Positions 1 to 7,316 of a DNA stretch of 64,000 nucleotides are shown here, in pieces (position 1 is the stretch's first letter; every line of letters begins with the position of its first letter). The DNA comes from a virus, in IMG/VR virus record IMGVR_UViG_3300044857_000313, positions 23,140 to 87,139 of that record; one strand, given 5' to 3'. The notes below the pieces were generated by a model, which did no database searches, was not told the origin of the DNA, and was given only the letters and a program-made list of their open reading frames with translations. Position numbers and translations under genes: made by a program.

Positions 1-55
1 AAGTCCGAAGCGTATCTAAGCGATTCTAAGCGTACCCGAAAGGAGAAGACACACA

Positions 56-1159
56 ATGCCAAGAACACGACAAAGACGAAATAAGGGTGAAGGTTCGATA
101 ACCAAGACACCCAATGGGAAGTACAAAGCCACCATCACGATTGGAGTGGGTATTGATGGCAAGCAAAAGAGGAAGTCGGTAACAAGAGACACCAAGCGAG
201 AAGTCATCGACGCCATCACGGAAATAAGACACAAATATAATATAGGTGATGTATCAAAGGGTGTGTCTAAGAGCGTCAAGGACGTTTGTGATGAGTTTTT
301 AGACACCAAGGAACAGAAACTCACTGTGTCCTCTTTCGTGTCTTACAAAATGCACATCAAGGCATTTAAAGAGGTGTTTGGAAATATGATGATGGAAAAT
401 ATAACAAAGACCATGATTGAGGATTACTTTAAGTCCCTGTCCCCTCATCATTATAAACCAACTACCTTAAAGACCAAGAAGGCTATATTGTCTATCTTCT
501 TTAGAGAAGCAAAGAAGGCAGGGTATATCAAAGAGAATATAATGGAGACAGCCAGTATCCCTATCAAGCGTGTCTTACCCAAGGCATCTACTATGATACT
601 CCCCACTCCTGAACAGTTCCATAGGATACTAGAGGAAGCGGAAAAGTATGCCCATTGGTATTATGTGCTCCTCTATTTTGCCTCTGTTACAGGAATGAGA
701 CGAGGAGAACTTTTAGGATTGAAATGGGACTGTGTGGATAAAGACACCAAGACGATCAGAATTAATAATCAAATAAACATCAAGGGTGTAGACAGTCCAT
801 TAAAGACCCCTGCGGCCTATCGGACAATTCATGTCACCCCAAAGGCTTTTGAGGAGCTAGACACACTGCCACATGAAGGAGCTTATGTTTTTTCGCGTCC
901 CAAAGCCCCTACAAGGCCTGTTACAAGAGCTATGGTGTCTTTGGCTACCAACAGGGTATTTAAGGCCGCTGAGGCCCCAAAGGGATTTACTTTTCATGAT
1001 GTAAGACATTATCACGCAACACAGCTTTTAAAGCATGGTATTAACCCAAAGGTTGTCAGTAGGAGATTAGGACACACATCGGTAGTTACTACCCTCAACA
1101 TCTACTTTAATTATCTCCCCAGTATGGACGAAGAGGCCAGTGTTGTCTTAGACACGTAA
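56..1159 (+). CDS. int: Tyrosine-type site-specific integrase
   Basis: 367-aa ORF with AAAGGAG Shine-Dalgarno upstream. Catalytic signature R (GMRRGELLGL), HxxR (HDVRHYHAT), H and Y (LGHTSVVTTLNIYFNY). Confidence 0.9.
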   Translation: MPRTRQRRNKGEGSITKTPNGKYKATITIGVGIDGKQKRKSVTRDTKREVIDAITEIRHKYNIGDVSKGVSKSVKDVCDEFLDTKEQKLTVSSFVSYKMHIKAFKEVFGNMMMENITKTMIEDYFKSLSPHHYKPTTLKTKKAILSIFFREAKKAGYIKENIMETASIPIKRVLPKASTMILPTPEQFHRILEEAEKYAHWYYVLLYFASVTGMRRGELLGLKWDCVDKDTKTIRINNQINIKGVDSPLKTPAAYRTIHVTPKAFEELDTLPHEGAYVFSRPKAPTRPVTRAMVSLATNRVFKAAEAPKGFTFHDVRHYHATQLLKHGINPKVVSRRLGHTSVVTTLNIYFNYLPSMDEEASVVLDT

Positions 1160-1324
1160 GTGCTTATAAGGTGCTTATATGAGAAATAGACACGAGTACA
1201 TGAAATTATAAATGGCTAAAAATAGCGGTTTTCCTCTGTTCTTAGCTATTTATAATTTTATTCCATATTCTATCAAGAATAAGACAACCATGCTGTTTAT
1301 AAGATATGTGAGTGCTTATAGGTG

Positions 1325-1567
1325 CTAAAGGGTAATACTTGTGTCTATCGAGTGGCGCAAGAACTCGTATAGACCTTTGCGGTGTATTCTCCAATGAGTA
1401 CCTATCTTAAATGCTTTCAAGGATTCATTATAGCACAAGGCGTAAACAGTAGACAAGGGAACTCCTAGCATCTCTGAAACTTCTTTAGGAGAGAAGGTAA
1501 GGCGAGTGTCCCATTTATGAGAAGGAGTTGAGGTGAAACCATCAACATCAATACTTAAATAGGCCAT
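1325..1567 (-). CDS. xis: Excisionase-like helix-turn-helix DNA-binding protein
   Basis: 80-aa ORF next to int. The segment FSPKEVSEMLGVPLSTVYALCYNESLKAFKIGTHWRI resembles Xis/AlpA-type winged HTH. Confidence 0.55.
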   Translation of the reverse strand: MAYLSIDVDGFTSTPSHKWDTRLTFSPKEVSEMLGVPLSTVYALCYNESLKAFKIGTHWRIHRKGLYEFLRHSIDTSITL

Positions 1568-1720
1568 AAGGCTCCTTTCGTAGACTAAAGGAAATCTTAG
1601 TAGACTTGAGATATGAAAAAATAGTAAGAAGCTTTAAGAATCTCTTTCTTTGATTTATCATCATCATCAACAATCATCATTAAAGAATCTCTAGTCCCAT
1701 ATCTGTCATAATAATAAAAT

Positions 1721-1754
1721 ATGAGGTTCTAGTCAGAACCGACTAGAACCTCAT
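1721..1754 (-). terminator. Hairpin terminator downstream of terL
   Basis: Perfect 14-bp stem atgaggttctagtc/gactagaacctcat with a 6-nt loop, followed on the minus strand by AUUUUAUUAUUAU. Copy B keeps the hairpin with a compensatory tc..ga to cc..gg change. Confidence 0.55.
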
Positions 1755-1792
1755 AGATTCTATTAGATACTATATATACTTTTCGTCTCTTT

Positions 1793-1815
1793 TCTTCGGT
1801 TGGTGCCACAATTAA
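1793..1815 (-). promoter_or_regulatory. Degenerate phage-RNAP promoter-like element (after terL)
   Basis: Minus strand TTAATTGTGGCACCAACCGAAGA versus family consensus TTAATTGTGCCACGTAGTGAAGA. Confidence 0.35.
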
Positions 1816-1819
1816 TTTT

Positions 1820-1842
1820 TTGTTTAATGGTGCCACAATTAA
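1820..1842 (-). promoter_or_regulatory. Degenerate phage-RNAP promoter-like element (after terL)
   Basis: Minus strand TTAATTGTGGCACCATTAAACA shares the upstream half of the promoter consensus. Confidence 0.3.
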
Positions 1843-1849
1843 TTTCTGT

Positions 1850-2464
1850 CTAATTATCATGTAGCTCTCTAATAGCTTTTATACATCTATTATTATGCGA
1901 ACTATTTGTATAATTAGGCAATACGGATTCATTCAGCCAATCCTCAAGCTGTTCAGCTGTCAGCTCTGTAAGTTGACTATCTTCATCCACATCCATGCGC
2001 TCCATAAAATAAGACACCCCAATAGTCAGGGCATCCAATCTATCATCATGACTTAGGGCGTTCTTATCACGACATAAGCGTGTCATTTGATAAATCAGGG
2101 AATAATGATAGTCCTGTTGGAAGACCTTAAAATCCTGTTCTACTACTGGACGATTCACAATTAGCTTATGCCGCATCATAACCGGCTCTAGGGTGTCTAT
2201 CATACGCAATTCCTTTTGCCCTCTATTGGTAACAGGTTCAATGCCGCAAGGGTGGATTTTATTGAAGATAGGTGTCATCAACTTAGTGAACATGCCATCC
2301 CCAAAGTTATCTTCGGGAACTACAACATCCACATCCCAGAACTTAGCACGATTTGCCATCTGAGTCAGCGTCAAGTCCGAATATCCCTCTTTAAAGCCCC
2401 CTACATCCATAAGGAACAAATAGCCATTCAGGTACTTTAAGATTGCATAGACTGTTTCGTCCTT
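1850..2464 (-). CDS. terL: Terminase large subunit, exon 2 (C-terminal nuclease part)
   Basis: Collinear with residues ~362-565 of intact copy-B TerL (45244..46941). Exon 1 plus exon 2 total 1698 nt, exactly the length of the copy-B gene. Confidence 0.85.
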   Translation of the reverse strand, partial: KDETVYAILKYLNGYLFLMDVGGFKEGYSDLTLTQMANRAKFWDVDVVVPEDNFGDGMFTKLMTPIFNKIHPCGIEPVTNRGQKELRMIDTLEPVMMRHKLIVNRPVVEQDFKVFQQDYHYSLIYQMTRLCRDKNALSHDDRLDALTIGVSYFMERMDVDEDSQLTELTAEQLEDWLNESVLPNYTNSSHNNRCIKAIRELHDN

Positions 2465-3275
2465 CAATCAGCCTATGCGTTCTGCTTTCCAACCCTTTGA
2501 GTGATGTCGGTTTCCTTTAGCCACTTGACGTAGATTTTGGGGTGAAAGATTATGCTCTCTGCAAAAAGCAGTAAAAGAAAAAGGCTCATACATCGTACCA
2601 TCAGGTGCAATAAGCCTGAATCTTTCACCCTGTCCATAATTATGAGGAACATGCCCTTTTTGAAGAGTAGTAGGGAGACAGTCAGCACATACTGTCCCTG
2701 ACTTGCGTTTTTGTAAATATTTACCACAAATAGGACAACGAACTGTTTTTCTGTCTCCCCCTGCTCTTACATTCCACCCCATATGCATTTTAGGACGTAG
2801 ATTATATTCTATTGTTAATGCTTCTTCTTTTGGTAACATAGCAATTAAATCAATTTGAATATTATCCTTACCCAGTTGTCTTAGAATTGTGCCAACAGGT
2901 CTCTTGCTACACATATGCTGACTAAGACGATAGGAAAGACTACGGCGAGTAACACCCACATAACCTTCCTGTATATTTCTGTTTCCTACTTCATGGATAT
3001 GGTACACTTTATATAATCTTGTTTTTTCTCTAAACAATAACATCACTCTCTTTTCTTTTTAGTGTTACGGTACATCGTTAGGGTACCTCACTATATTGCT
3101 ATAGTGTTCAGACTATATCTTCTATCAAAAGATAGTGCGCTGTTTCCACCGAACCATTGCGGTGTACTAATAGTCGTTGAACGTTTCCTTATAAAAGGAC
3201 TTCGCTGCTGATTGTCTTAGAAAGAGTTTCCAGCAATTAAGCGCATTTTTTAACGTAGGAGCAAGGACGTATTTT
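2465..3275 (-). mobile_element. Group I intron (811 nt) interrupting terL
   Basis: Insertion relative to copy B. The 5' exon ends in U (..UAGGGGU) and can pair with intron GCUCCUA (P1, U.G at the splice site). The adjacent GUCCUU pairs perfectly with 3' exon AAGGAC (P10). The last intron nt is G. The region upstream of the HE ORF has many short hairpins. Confidence 0.75.
2468..3043 (-). CDS. GIY-YIG homing endonuclease (intron-encoded)
   Basis: YKVYHI..(11 aa)..GYVGVTRRSLSYRLSQH motif, later E and N residues, CPICG..CADC zinc finger and a C-terminal HTH-like tail, as in I-TevI-type enzymes. Confidence 0.8.
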   Translation of the reverse strand: MLLFREKTRLYKVYHIHEVGNRNIQEGYVGVTRRSLSYRLSQHMCSKRPVGTILRQLGKDNIQIDLIAMLPKEEALTIEYNLRPKMHMGWNVRAGGDRKTVRCPICGKYLQKRKSGTVCADCLPTTLQKGHVPHNYGQGERFRLIAPDGTMYEPFSFTAFCREHNLSPQNLRQVAKGNRHHSKGWKAERIG

Positions 3276-4358
3276 ACCCCTACCCGATGGGTCTATAGCC
3301 ATCACTGTTGTCTGATAGGGCATCGTTTCGGGACTACGGGACAGCTCACTGTAGTAATAGTCCCCTGCCATGGCTGTACAGGGAATATCAGACAAGAGCT
3401 GTTCCCTGCCTTTTGCCCATGCCCATTTGAGGCTACTTTCCTTCATATCAAGGTTAGTGATAATCAAATCAGACACCTTCAACGGATACTTTTCAGCATC
3501 CGACAACCGAGTATTGAGCATATACTGGAGAGCAAACCCTGCTTTCCCATAAGACAAGGAACGCTTCGCAATTTCTTCCTCATTGAATCGCAAGGGGTCT
3601 GTAGGCTTCCCTTCAAGACTAGGGTCAGCTTTCAGTTTGTTCCAAATAGAGGGAGCAAGGGAATCACCATAATTATCTTCTACCCTTGATAATTGAGGAT
3701 ACAAGACAGGCCAGATACGCGCAATATATCCACGGTCTTGTAAGGTGTTGTACAGACTTGATTCAGTCTGTGGTGTACCGAGATATATGATCTGGCCGTT
3801 CGGTTTCAAGATAGCATCAAATTCCTTTACGGCCTCTGAGAGCTTATCACGCTGTTGCTGTGTTGCTGAGTTTTTCGGGACTTCTACGTCATCGGCAATT
3901 AGAATGTCTGCACGTGTCCCTGTAATCTGCCCAGTGATACCAATGGACTTTACAGAGGGGGAAATATCAGGAACGACACCCCCAACATCAAAGATATTCT
4001 GTGTGTCTAACTGCCCCTTGTCTGCAATCATGTCAGACAAGAAAGGGAGTGTCTGTATGATACGCTTGATAAAGCGAGCGTTCGCATCCGCTCTGTCCCC
4101 AGAGGCAGACACAATCAAAATCTTTAGCTGTCTTTCCTTCCACAATCTCCACACTACATAAGCACATGTCAAGAAGGACTTAGCGACACCACGGAACCCC
4201 TCAAGAATGATACGGTCTTTAGGGGGGTTCTGGAGATAGTTTGCAATGTCAATTTGAATGGGTGTCGGCTGTGGAAGGTCAATAGACCGCCATACAATAT
4301 AGACAAAGGCCCAGAAGTGTTCACGTGCCTTCTGGACATCCGCTTCACTCCATTTCAA
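3276..4358 (-). CDS. terL: Terminase large subunit, exon 1 (ATPase part)
   Basis: Nearly identical to residues 1-361 of copy-B TerL. The unspliced reading frame runs into the intron and stops at 3237. Confidence 0.85.
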
Positions 4359-4362
4359 TCTA

Positions 4363-4602
4363 TCAACCTTCTTTCACAAGTTCCATGAAGTCAGGAATCT
4401 TAGAGGCTTCCTGTTTTACTTCTTTGACACCTTCAATCTCAACAGTGGTGTTGAAATCGTTGTCTTTCAAGAACTGCCGTACCTTTGCGAGGAAGGCAGG
4501 ATTTTTACGTTGTTCTTCATCCTCAAGCCCTTCTAAGAGAGCCTGCACTTCTTCGGTTGCCAAGCGGTCAATCAATTCCTGTGGAATATTAAAATTAGCC
4601 AT
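4363..4602 (-). CDS. Small acidic protein, possible small terminase (T7 gp18 position)
   Basis: 79-aa ORF immediately upstream of terL. Assigned on position and size only; conserved in copy B. Confidence 0.35.
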   Translation of the reverse strand: MANFNIPQELIDRLATEEVQALLEGLEDEEQRKNPAFLAKVRQFLKDNDFNTTVEIEGVKEVKQEASKIPDFMELVKEG

Positions 4603-4608
4603 TTATCA

Positions 4609-5063
4609 TCATCCTCTCTCCATACTACATACTTTTAAATCTTTGTGTGTCTTCCCAAATATAATGATTGCACTAGGGAAAGGCGCACTATTCTTACTGT
4701 TTCCAAATTTCAAACATCCTTTGATGAAACGAATCTCTGAGGCTTGCATGGCGTACTCATGCCACCACTTTGTGTCTGTTCGTGAAGGTACGAGGCAGAC
4801 AACGATTGTCTCTGCTTCCATTGCTTTCTTCATCCAAGCTCCTATTTTTTTTTTCCATAGGGTGGATTCATCCAACAGACACCCTGCCAGTCTTGAGCTA
4901 GACCGTCATCAAGGGGTGAAAAGAACTTAGAGCATTTTGCATTTTCAGAGGTAGCACATACATCTATATCAAAATGAAATTCATCATTCAATCTATTAAA
5001 TAACTCTTGTGGTGTCTCCCACACTTCATTTTCACTACTATATAAAACCTTATTTATCGCCAC
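4609..5063 (-). pseudogene. Phage Dam-family DNA N6-adenine methyltransferase, frameshifted in an A10 tract
   Basis: ORFs 4842..5063 and 4609..4875 together are collinear with the intact copy-B gene. Motifs WETPQELF, DVCAT.ENAKC, NPPYG, SRTDTKWWH. Coding-strand A10 (4845..4854) versus A8 in copy B. Confidence 0.8.
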
Positions 5064-5144
5064 TATAAGCCTCCTACGTAAAAATAAAATTCCCCATAGG
5101 TAAATACACCTACAGGGAGTTACATAACTTCTATTCTCAAGATA

Positions 5145-5357
5145 TTAAGGGATAGACACAATTTTAACCTTATCTCCATATCTCCTGATAGCAGAATCAG
5201 GGCTACAACCAAATCTGTATGGAAATAAAGGACATTTCAATAATTCACATTTACGTACTTCTGCATCGTTTCCTGCACAACAGTCCATGCATTTTTCGCG
5301 GATTGCACGTTTAAAGGAAGTCTTAGTGACCTTCATCATTAAAACCTTATTACTCAT
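5145..5357 (-). CDS. Small Cys-rich protein, unknown function
   Basis: Start taken at MSNKV (GGGGGTG SD; ATGA overlap with the upstream ORF stop). CMDCC..C..C motif; conserved in copy B. Confidence 0.5.
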   Translation of the reverse strand: MSNKVLMMKVTKTSFKRAIREKCMDCCAGNDAEVRKCELLKCPLFPYRFGCSPDSAIRRYGDKVKIVSIP

Positions 5358-5788
5358 CGTGTACACCCCCAAATCAACAAGCCACCTGCAACGACCCAAG
5401 CCAAATCACGCTGTCGCTCCATCCGCTTTACCGACTTATTCAGAGAGTCCGTTTGCTTTTGCAATGTCGTCAAATTCTGCTTGTAATCGGTCAAGTACAC
5501 TTGCGCTTTCGTCAGCTCTTTCTGAGATTCTGTTAGCTGTGTCTTGAGCTTCTGTGAGTCCTGTTTCTGCGCTGTTGACTGCTTCTGTAGCTCTGTCACC
5601 ATCTGTCGTAAGCTGTTGAATTGTTCGATTGACATTTCGACTTTCTGCGGACTCTGTGCGTGAACTGTAGAAGTAGACACAGAGGGAAAGACACAAAAGC
5701 ATACCAACAGTGAAAGACACAAGCACCATCTTTGCAGAATATTTTTTGTTGTTGTCTTCATCCATTTACAACTCCTCATACCATTCAT
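5354..5788 (-). CDS. Lysis-cassette membrane/coiled-coil protein, frame 1 (unimolecular-spanin-like architecture)
   Basis: N-terminal Cys-containing signal-like segment LCLSLLVCFCVFPSVS, Q/K/E-rich coiled coil, C-terminal TM LAWVVAGGLLIWG. Stop overlaps the next start as ATGA. The true start is probably internal. Confidence 0.5.
   Translation of the reverse strand: MNGMRSCKWMKTTTKNILQRWCLCLSLLVCFCVFPSVSTSTVHAQSPQKVEMSIEQFNSLRQMVTELQKQSTAQKQDSQKLKTQLTESQKELTKAQVYLTDYKQNLTTLQKQTDSLNKSVKRMERQRDLAWVVAGGLLIWGCTR
5436..5765 (-). CDS. Overlapping alternative-frame ORF: N-terminal TM plus coiled coil (i-spanin-like)
   Basis: 109-aa ORF in another frame of the same DNA. ATG lies 6 nt after GAGGAG and directly after the endolysin stop. 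Open in both phage copies. Confidence 0.4.
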   Translation of the reverse strand: MDEDNNKKYSAKMVLVSFTVGMLLCLSLCVYFYSSRTESAESRNVNRTIQQLTTDGDRATEAVNSAETGLTEAQDTANRISERADESASVLDRLQAEFDDIAKANGLSE

Positions 5789-6359
5789 TCATATCTACCT
5801 CTGTGTCTCCAATATATTCATGTGCGCTCCACTGCCAACCTGCTACATGCTTATCAGGGTAGTCCTGCAAAAACCCATTGTATCCACGGTAATCTGCAAT
5901 CCAATACGGTACATAGTCAGCAAGTAAGTTAGGCCGAATGGAGTTTGTCATGTAATCTGTACATTTCAGCGTTGACGTATAAATCCCTGCTCTGTGTCCT
6001 GCTTCATTGCAAGCGACAATAAAAGCAGAGCAAAGGGCTGTGGTGTCTACACCTTCTGCAAAACATACATCAGCTTCACAATCGTACCAAATGCCCATAG
6101 GCGGCACATCATCACCAAGGAGTTCCAAGATTGTCTGAGCTTCTTCCCTTGCTCTTTCTGGTGTCTGAGCATGAGAGAAACAGTAGACACCCCAAGGGAT
6201 ACCCCTAGATTTACATTCTTCTGCGTGTCTTACCCATGTGTCTTCTTCGGAACACCCTTCGGAAATTTTGATAATGACACCTTGAACCCCTGCGGCCTCT
6301 ACAGCATCATAATCAATATTGCGCTGATAATAGGAAACGTCAATTACTTTATTTGTCAT
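5766..6359 (-). CDS. Endolysin, glycoside hydrolase family 25 muramidase (no cell-wall-binding domain)
   Basis: IDVSYYQ, IIKISEG, GVYCFSHA and WYDCEAD motifs typical of GH25 lysozymes. Confidence 0.85.
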   Translation of the reverse strand: MTNKVIDVSYYQRNIDYDAVEAAGVQGVIIKISEGCSEEDTWVRHAEECKSRGIPWGVYCFSHAQTPERAREEAQTILELLGDDVPPMGIWYDCEADVCFAEGVDTTALCSAFIVACNEAGHRAGIYTSTLKCTDYMTNSIRPNLLADYVPYWIADYRGYNGFLQDYPDKHVAGWQWSAHEYIGDTEVDMNEWYEEL

Positions 6360-6819
6360 CTAATCTGTCCACCTTCTTCTCTTTTGCAATCTGAGCAAGC
6401 GCACCCCTGATAAAGCTAGGGATGTACTGCCCATAACCAACACGATCAATATTTTCAACAATACTAAGGGCCTCTACCACTGCAAAGGCTCCAATGAATA
6501 ACGTCCGTACCATGTGAGTGTGCATTGCTGAATCCAATAGAACACCTAGACCAATGATAAGGAACATAGCGGCCTTCTTATATAAGCCATGTGTCGCAAT
6601 CGAACTTGCAAAGGCATGGAGTTTGAAGGAAGCCCAAAGGCCTGTGAGAATGTCACAAGCCACAAGGACAACCAAAGCATTAATCTGCTCATCCACCCCG
6701 CCCACAAGCTGATTGAAACACAACCAAGCAATAGAAAAAAGACAGCCAATCTTTACCTCGGTGGCTGTCCATAAGTTCCATAATGTGTTAATCATCTTAT
6801 GTAGTGTACCTCGTTTCAT
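6349..6819 (-). CDS. Holin (LL-H / Phage_holin_4 type)
   Basis: Multi-TM 156-aa protein with LVACDILTG..K....S....G.YKK and EALSIVEN motifs; overlaps the endolysin start. Confidence 0.8.
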   Translation of the reverse strand: MKRGTLHKMINTLWNLWTATEVKIGCLFSIAWLCFNQLVGGVDEQINALVVLVACDILTGLWASFKLHAFASSIATHGLYKKAAMFLIIGLGVLLDSAMHTHMVRTLFIGAFAVVEALSIVENIDRVGYGQYIPSFIRGALAQIAKEKKVDRLDDK

Positions 6820-7034
6820 TTTTCATCTTCCTTTTGTTCCTTTAAGATGGCATGGGAAATGCGAGCGTCAAGAATTTCAATATAAGCATCCATCACATCT
6901 GACTGCCGTCGCAATAAATAGCGTTCTGTATCGTCTATAATCTTAGAGTTATCACTTCTAAACCCCATCAACTTACACATTTTCTCTGCTAAAGCACGAC
7001 GTTCATCCATCATGCGATAAATATAATCTTTCAC
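6816..7034 (-). CDS. Hypothetical protein (copy-A specific)
   Basis: 72-aa ORF tightly packed between holin and the next ORF. No counterpart in copy B. Confidence 0.4.
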   Translation of the reverse strand: MKDYIYRMMDERRALAEKMCKLMGFRSDNSKIIDDTERYLLRRQSDVMDAYIEILDARISHAILKEQKEDEK

Positions 7035-7037
7035 CTT

Positions 7038-7271
7038 CTATGCCCCCTTTCGCCTTAAAATATCTGATAGTAACTTAGCTACTTTATGTTTATTTACATA
7101 CCCGTGCAATAGCTTATACAGCACACCCTTTCTCTTTTGCTTCTTTAGCTCCTTTTCCCTTAACACAAATGGACATTCATTATATGCTATATATACTGAG
7201 CATTGAAAACAATGCTTTTGCATACTACAATATTCTTCTATTTCTTTCTTAGATATGATATTTCGTTTCAT
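7038..7271 (-). CDS. Hypothetical Cys-containing basic protein (copy-A specific)
   Basis: 77-aa ORF downstream of the tail fibre gene. No counterpart in copy B. Confidence 0.4.
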   Translation of the reverse strand: MKRNIISKKEIEEYCSMQKHCFQCSVYIAYNECPFVLREKELKKQKRKGVLYKLLHGYVNKHKVAKLLSDILRRKGA

Positions 7272-7316
7272 TATTCAGACACCTTCTTCCCTACACAGTC
7301 CTATTCATTGTTATAC

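Noticed and set aside
1-55. Sequence at the window start repeated at 44711..44756, considered as a direct terminal repeat or att core.
   Set aside because: It is simply where collinear homology between the two phage copies begins (int leader and RBS). Homology continues for kilobases, so it does not define a discrete repeat.
2468-3046. Possibility that the terL interruption is an intein or a free-standing endonuclease splitting the gene.
   Set aside because: The endonuclease ORF is not in frame with terL, and the exon 1 frame hits a stop at 3237. P1/P10 pairings, a terminal G and exact restoration of the 1698-nt ORF favour a group I intron. A split gene remains a minor alternative.
4325-4930. 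Plus-strand ORFs embedded antisense in minus-strand genes. Examples: 4325..4930, 10936..11391, 12700..13146, 29504..29971, 35112..35786, 46890..47339.
   Set aside because: All lie opposite well-supported conserved genes. They lack ribosome-binding sites and have compositions typical of antisense frames.
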